DNA of 64,000 nucleotides, taken from assembly GCA_964276515.1 (NCBI GenBank), contig OZ193909.1, forward strand, positions 930,001 through 994,000, written 5' to 3'. Each line of letters begins with the position of its first letter. The first letter of the stretch is position 1. Below are positions 58,294-64,000 of this stretch, one piece after another. Position numbers and translations under genes: made by a program. This DNA comes from Gordius albopunctatus (lineage: Eukaryota). The notes under the pieces were generated by a model, which was given only the letters and a program-made list of their open reading frames with translations, had not been told where the DNA came from and made no database searches.

Positions 58294-61200
58294 ATGAACC
58301 GAATAAATATTGCCATACAAATATTATGCTGCGCTAGTTTCTTACAATATATCAAAGCCGCTGAGTACAGAGGAGTTTCCCTTGATACTGGTAAACTCTA
58401 TTCCATATTCAAGATTTTGTTTTATATAATTGTCCTCATGGACGTAGCTGGGGAGGAGGAGGGGGGCAAGGAGGAACGGCTTGTTATATATTGTAATATT
58501 GTATTTTAATATTGTATTTTAATCTTATTTGATAATTTCGGTTCGTATTTTATAGATACCCTTTGTTTGAATTTGATATATAATTCCATTTCCATATGTT
58601 TTAGCGTCATTGTTTTATCGAGCTATCCAATAAATTTATGTTATAATTTCCAGTTGTAATATTGGCGCTGCGAATTAAAGATGACTGCAGAACCGGATTA
58701 TTCCAAATTGGAAAAAATATCCCTTAAGGAATTTGATTACAGCTGCGAGAATATCGAAGATTATTTAGATTACGTGGACGCTCGCCTTGATATTATAGGA
58801 CTTTCATCCGATTTGGCAAGGAAAAAGTTGATCAGATCATTTCTATGCACGGCCAATTTAAGAAAACTGTCTCAAATTTTATATCCTAAACTTTTTAAAG
58901 ATGCCATATGGGATGAAATCGTCTCGGCTTTGCGTAAAGTATTTAAAAAGACAACTTCGGCATTTGCGGCGAGAATGGAACTGATGCGATCGAAAAGAGC
59001 CTCAGGTGAATCGGTTTTGGATTTTTATCGAAGAATCAATTCTATAGTGCAAGATTGCAACTTCAAGGTAGACATAGAGGCACGTATTCGGGATCAGCTG
59101 ATTTTTGGAGTGGATATTCAACGGTTGGAACTCGAAATTCGGACTAATTTTTCCAATTGTGAGGAGAAGGACGGAAGTCCTCTCACATTGGAGAAGGTGC
59201 TAGACATGGCACTAACGATAGAAAGAGCTGAGAAGGAGACCCAGGAAAATATTCCTATGGTTCAAAAGATATCGAGGACGCAAGGTGACAAGTCTTTTAA
59301 ATCCGACAAGAGTTTTAAATGCCAACGTTGCGACAGGAATCATCCTCCAAATCAGTGTCCTGCCTTCATGGCGTATTGTAGAAAGTTTAATACGAGGTGA
59401 CATTACGCTCGGTGTTGTAAAGACGATTCTAAGGTACAGCAAGTATATATAGCCGGAGAAGATAATGATGCCAGTTCTATGGATTCAATATCCCAGATTA
59501 ATCGTCGAGGGCGTCGTGCCACGATTAGGGTGAAAATCAACGATCTCTGGACAGTGATGGATTTTGACACTGGGGCGCAGGTATCTGTAATTAATTCATC
59601 GTTATGGAAAGAAATCGGCCAGCCCATACTTAGAAAGACCATACCACCTCTAGTATACGGTTGTACAGCCCTAGAGATATTGGGTGAATCAACGGTGAAG
59701 GTCCAGTTGGGCAAGCGAACGGAATTTTTAACAGTGGTAGTTAGCAAGGGTAAAGAGGTACCACTTTTTGGATTACCATGGAGTTTAGCTTTTAACTTAG
59801 TACTTCCCTCAATGGTTGAAGTTCATAATGTAAGTAGTTCAAACAATCTAACCTCGCTTACTAGGAATTTTGAAGAGAAATATAGTGGTATTTTTGATGG
59901 TAAATTAAGATTAATAAATTCATGCGAACCAGTAGTTATCCATTTGAAGTCTAATGCAACTCCTAGATCTTGGCAAGCTAGGAGGGTTCCGTTTCCCTTG
60001 CGAGCTCCTTTAGAGAAAGAGCTTCAAAGATTGGTTATCGCAGGTGTGCTAGAACAAGTGGATCCCAACATTACACCCATTCAATGGGCTACTCCAATTG
60101 TGATCGTAAGGAAAACAAATAATGACATCCGTATCTGTGCCGATTTCAAGGTTACTTTGAATCCAAATTTAATTATAGATTACCATCATATCCCAACGTT
60201 TCAAGATGTTGCCGCAAAAATTTCGGGAGGAAGGAAGTTCACGAAAATTGATCTAAAAGATGCATACCTGCAAATGCCTGTTTCCGAGAAATCACAAGAC
60301 CTCTTAGTTATATCAACCAGTTTGGGCTATTACAAATGCTGTCGGCTTCCGTTTGGGTTGTCCTCAGCTCCAGCCATTTTTCAGAGGTTTATGGATAACT
60401 TACTAAAAGATTGTCCTAAAACAGGAGTTTACCTTGATGATATAATAATCACCGGTGAAAATGACGAGGAGCACATTGCAAACGTCAATAAAGTTTTAAT
60501 GAAATTAAAAGATTCGGGAATTAAAGCACAGTTTAATAAAATTCGGTTTTTGGAAGAATCGGTTGAATTTTTAGGGTATGTGATAGATAAAGAAGGGATC
60601 CATCCCTCCGGATCAAAGATACAAGCCATTTTAGAAATAAAAAGACCCACTAATAGATCCGAGTTAAAATCTTTTCTTGGGATGCTTTGCTATCAGGAAA
60701 AATTTATTCCTAGCCTTCACGGTATTTTATCACCATTGCATCGACTTACGGCACGAAATCTAGATGGGTATGGTCACAGGAGGAGGAACAAATATTTTTA
60801 AAAGCTAAATCGATTTTAAAGAATTGTAATACCTTAATTCCTTATTCACCAACCTTGCCCTTGGTGTTGGAAACCGACGCTTCTGATAAAGGATTTGGGG
60901 CGGTGTTGTCACATGCACTTGATGCTGGACTATTGCGCCCTATTGCGTATGCTTCGAGAACACTTTCCAATGCCGAGGAAAGTTATGCTACTATTGATAA
61001 GGAAGCCAAGGCCATACTATGGGCGGTCCAAAAATTTCACACTTACCTTTATGGAAGGAAATTTATCATGAGAACGGATCATAAACCTTTAGTGCGATTG
61101 TTCGGAGAAAATAGGGATCTTCCAAGAATAGTAAATAATAGATTGATGCGCTGGGCTTATCAGCTATCAGCATACGATTTTTCATTGGAGTACATCGAAA

Positions 61201-63662
61201 GCAAACAGAATAAAGTAGCTGACGCACTTTCAAGGGCGCCTTTACCTCTTACAAAAGATATTCACAACAGTGATGATTTATCAATGTTTAGGATCAAAAA
61301 CATCATCCTTAATGATTTATCAATATCGGGAAAGACTATTGGTGAAGAAACACATAAAGATTTTAAACTGCGTAAAATAAAGAACTTTATAAACAAAAGT
61401 TAGCCCTCACGCAAAGATGATATTCCACAAGAATTGGGGGTATTTTATAATCGCAGAGCAGAGCTAAGCTGTGAAAACAATTTATTATTTATGGATGGGC
61501 GGATTGTTATACCGCAATCCCTTCAGCAGCGAGTATTGATAAATTTGCATAAAGGCCACCCCGGAATATCGGCTATGAAATCTATCGCTAGGTTCTATTG
61601 CTGGTGGCCTCAACTGAGTTCTGAGATTGCAAATTTTGTGAATGCTTGTAAAGCATTTCAACAGAATCGCGGGGAAGCTAATGAAGTTCCATTGTTTTCA
61701 TGGAATGTCCCCGAGTTTCCTTGGGAAAGAATTCACATCGATTTTGCGGGACCAATCGATGGTTACTCCTGGTTAATAGTAGTTGATGGATTTTCAAAAT
61801 GGATGGATGTTGAGCTCTTACAGTCAACAACAACTCAGGTCTCTCTTCGAACTCTTAGGAAGTGGTTTGCCCTGTACGGTGTCCCTAGGCAAATTGTATC
61901 AGATAACGGACCCCAATTCACGGGGTTAGATTTTCATAATTATTGCAAGGAGAATAATATCATTCATATAAAATCTTCCCCGTATCATCCTAAGACTAAC
62001 GGGTTGGCAGAGAGAGGAATTCAAACTTTGAAGAAAAGGTACGCGGCTACCAAAATGCAGAAGACGAGCCCTCATGAATGTTTGTCAGAGGTATTGATGA
62101 CTTACCGAATAAGCACTTTAAATTCAACAGGATCATCACCATATAAGCTAATGTTTGGACGACATATGAAAACGGCCTCGGATTGGGCACGATCTCCGGT
62201 TAAGTCAAAATTGGAAAAACAGGTTTGGTTAACCGAGGAAAGGCATAACAAAGGATTAAAGAGTCCAGAATTTCTCTCAGAACAACCGGTATGGGTAAGG
62301 AATGAAACGAGACCCAGATGGCGTGAAGGTTCGGTAATTACTAGAACAGGGCCCTTGTCCTACTCAGTGGAAGCGGATGGGAGGATATTGCGGAAGCACG
62401 CCGACCAACTAAGGAATAGATTCTTAGATACACGACAAGAGCCTGTACAATCTTCTTCTCCACAAGGGTCAGTTACGCCTCGGGGAGAGTTTGGGATTGA
62501 ATCGTCATTTACGTCAGGAGAAGAGACGGAATTAGCGGGGGAGGAGAGACAATCTAACTTAGGTCACACGTCTCGCCCAAAATGCGACGTTCGCCCACCT
62601 TCAAGACTTATCAAAGAAATATAATTAAAACCCAAAGAAAGGGAGGACATATGTTATATATTGTAATATTGTATTTTAATATTGTATTTTAATCTTATTT
62701 GATAATTTCGGTTCGTATTTTATAGATACCCTTTGTTTGAATTTGATATATAATTCCATTCCCATATGTTTTAGCGTTATTGTTTTATCGAGATATCCAA
62801 TAAATTTATGTTATAATTTCCAGTTGTAATACGGCTGCCCCCAAATTTAAAAAAAATGTTCATTTTTCCCCTCCCTGTATCATTATTGCCTTTCTCTAAT
62901 TCCAATGCTACGCCCGAGTTTGTCATTCAAGCCCCAAACTTGAAATTTTATCATTGTTAAACATTTTTGGTATGTGTAAACAAGTCAGACTAGATACGTT
63001 TTTTTATAAATATCATTTTATAAAATCGGTGAGTTTGAATTGATAATCTATGTAGAGGGAAATTGAGATGTCCAAATAGTGTGCTAAGCCAAATTAATAG
63101 CAATAGGTTTCTAATGTGAATGTAATAGTAGCTATTAAAATTTTTTAATAGGTAAGAAATATGGCACTTATCATCTGTGTCCTCATATTTCTACACTATC
63201 GACCTAGTCAGGATTATATTTAGGGTTTTAAGATAGACGGAATGAAGGTTTCTCGAAGTGTTTACTATAAAATGTTATATAAATAATAATTTTTTGATTT
63301 AAAGTCAGCTGGCCACGCTTTACTCTGCACACTTTCCTGGATCCAATATATTTTAAACTAATCAAATCCTGTTAGGTGGGTGCGAATATAAGCAAAACGT
63401 GAATTTCACAAAAATTGTTGGAGTCGGGGAATTTACGGGAAAACCTGATAAATGTGAACGCTGCATTTGTTCAAGCAAAGTACTTGATAGCGGATCTACA
63501 AAATACACCTACGTATGCAAAGCGTAATTAATTAATTATTGTATATTTATGTTCTATAAAAATTTTAGGTGCGTATCAGTTTATGGTACTAAAAATTGTA
63601 AAGTAGGGGATAATACGAAACCACATCCACATTGCTGCCCTAAGTGTTATATCGACCACTAA
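58294..63662 (+). CDS. Small secreted single-VWC-domain protein (~112 aa), 3 exons
   Basis: Exons 58294-58390 (signal-peptide-like MNRINIAIQILCCASFLQYIKA), 63376-63523 and 63569-63662 give GCEYK..PDKCERCIC..VCKAC..NC..KPHPHCCPKC (10 Cys, VWC spacing). Linkage of exon 1 is inferred from phase. Confidence 0.65.
58482..62831 (+). mobile_element. Ty3/Gypsy (Mag-like) LTR retrotransposon, mildly decayed
   Basis: 180-bp LTRs 58482-58661 and 62652-62831 with 3 substitutions; TSD CGGCT; PBS TGGCGCTGCGAA; inserted inside a CATGGGCGTAGCC MITE within an intron. Confidence 0.97.
58681..62624 (+). pseudogene. gag-pol pseudogene
   Basis: Conventional Gag (RIRDQLIFG, CQRCDRNHPPNQC), FDTGA, YLDD, ETDAS, SDNG; lesions: TGA 59398-59400 in the second knuckle, frameshift near 60760, TAG 61401-61403. 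Confidence 0.9.
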
Positions 63663-64000
63663 CATTTAAACGAGATCAACGTCAAATCTAATGTTAAATC
63701 TATGTTTGCCAATAATTGCAACATTGTGATATAATGATTTATTAAATTTACAAATTATAATATGCAACTTGAATTATTGTGTTTACATAATGTTAGACTT
63801 AAAACTATGTTTGCCAAAAATTGCGGCATTTTTAGTAAAATGCGTTATTAAATAAATGCAATATGTGACTTGATTTATTATGTTGATCATAGATAATGTT
63901 AGCCATCCAATAAAAGTAACAATTTTATTGCCAGTTAGCCCTAATAAATACTATTTGGATTCCAGATGGAGTACAGAAAAGCATGTAACAGTCACTCTTA

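Noticed and set aside
59398..59400. Programmed gag-pol readthrough in the second Gypsy
   Set aside because: The TGA replaces the Gly within the second zinc knuckle and the element has other lesions, so it is more likely decay.

Overview
AT-rich, intron-dense invertebrate (metazoan) genomic DNA with many very short (34-46 nt) GT-AG introns. Host genes reconstructed by hand: HID1 (minus, 786-6491); GFAT/GFPT (minus, 22051-28464, with a candidate 84-nt cassette exon); an SLC37/OPA-family MFS transporter (minus, 31941-47056) with two coding exons split by young transposons; a small secreted single-VWC-domain protein (plus, 58294-63662); and tRNA-Val(TAC). Mobile DNA dominates the rest: two Ty3/Gypsy LTR elements, a FLYWCH-MULE transposon with an 11x145-bp array, Tigger, hAT, Helitron, RTE and CRE-like remnants, and several MITE families. 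The most unusual object is the near-pristine Gypsy element at 33436-39275. Its ORF1 has no recognisable capsid and instead encodes a transmembrane helix plus zinc knuckle. ORF1 is joined in frame to an intact pol through a UGA-CUAG readthrough-type stop, and an extra Arg-rich zinc-knuckle ORF follows pol. All assignments come from motif recognition by eye; no searches were run.
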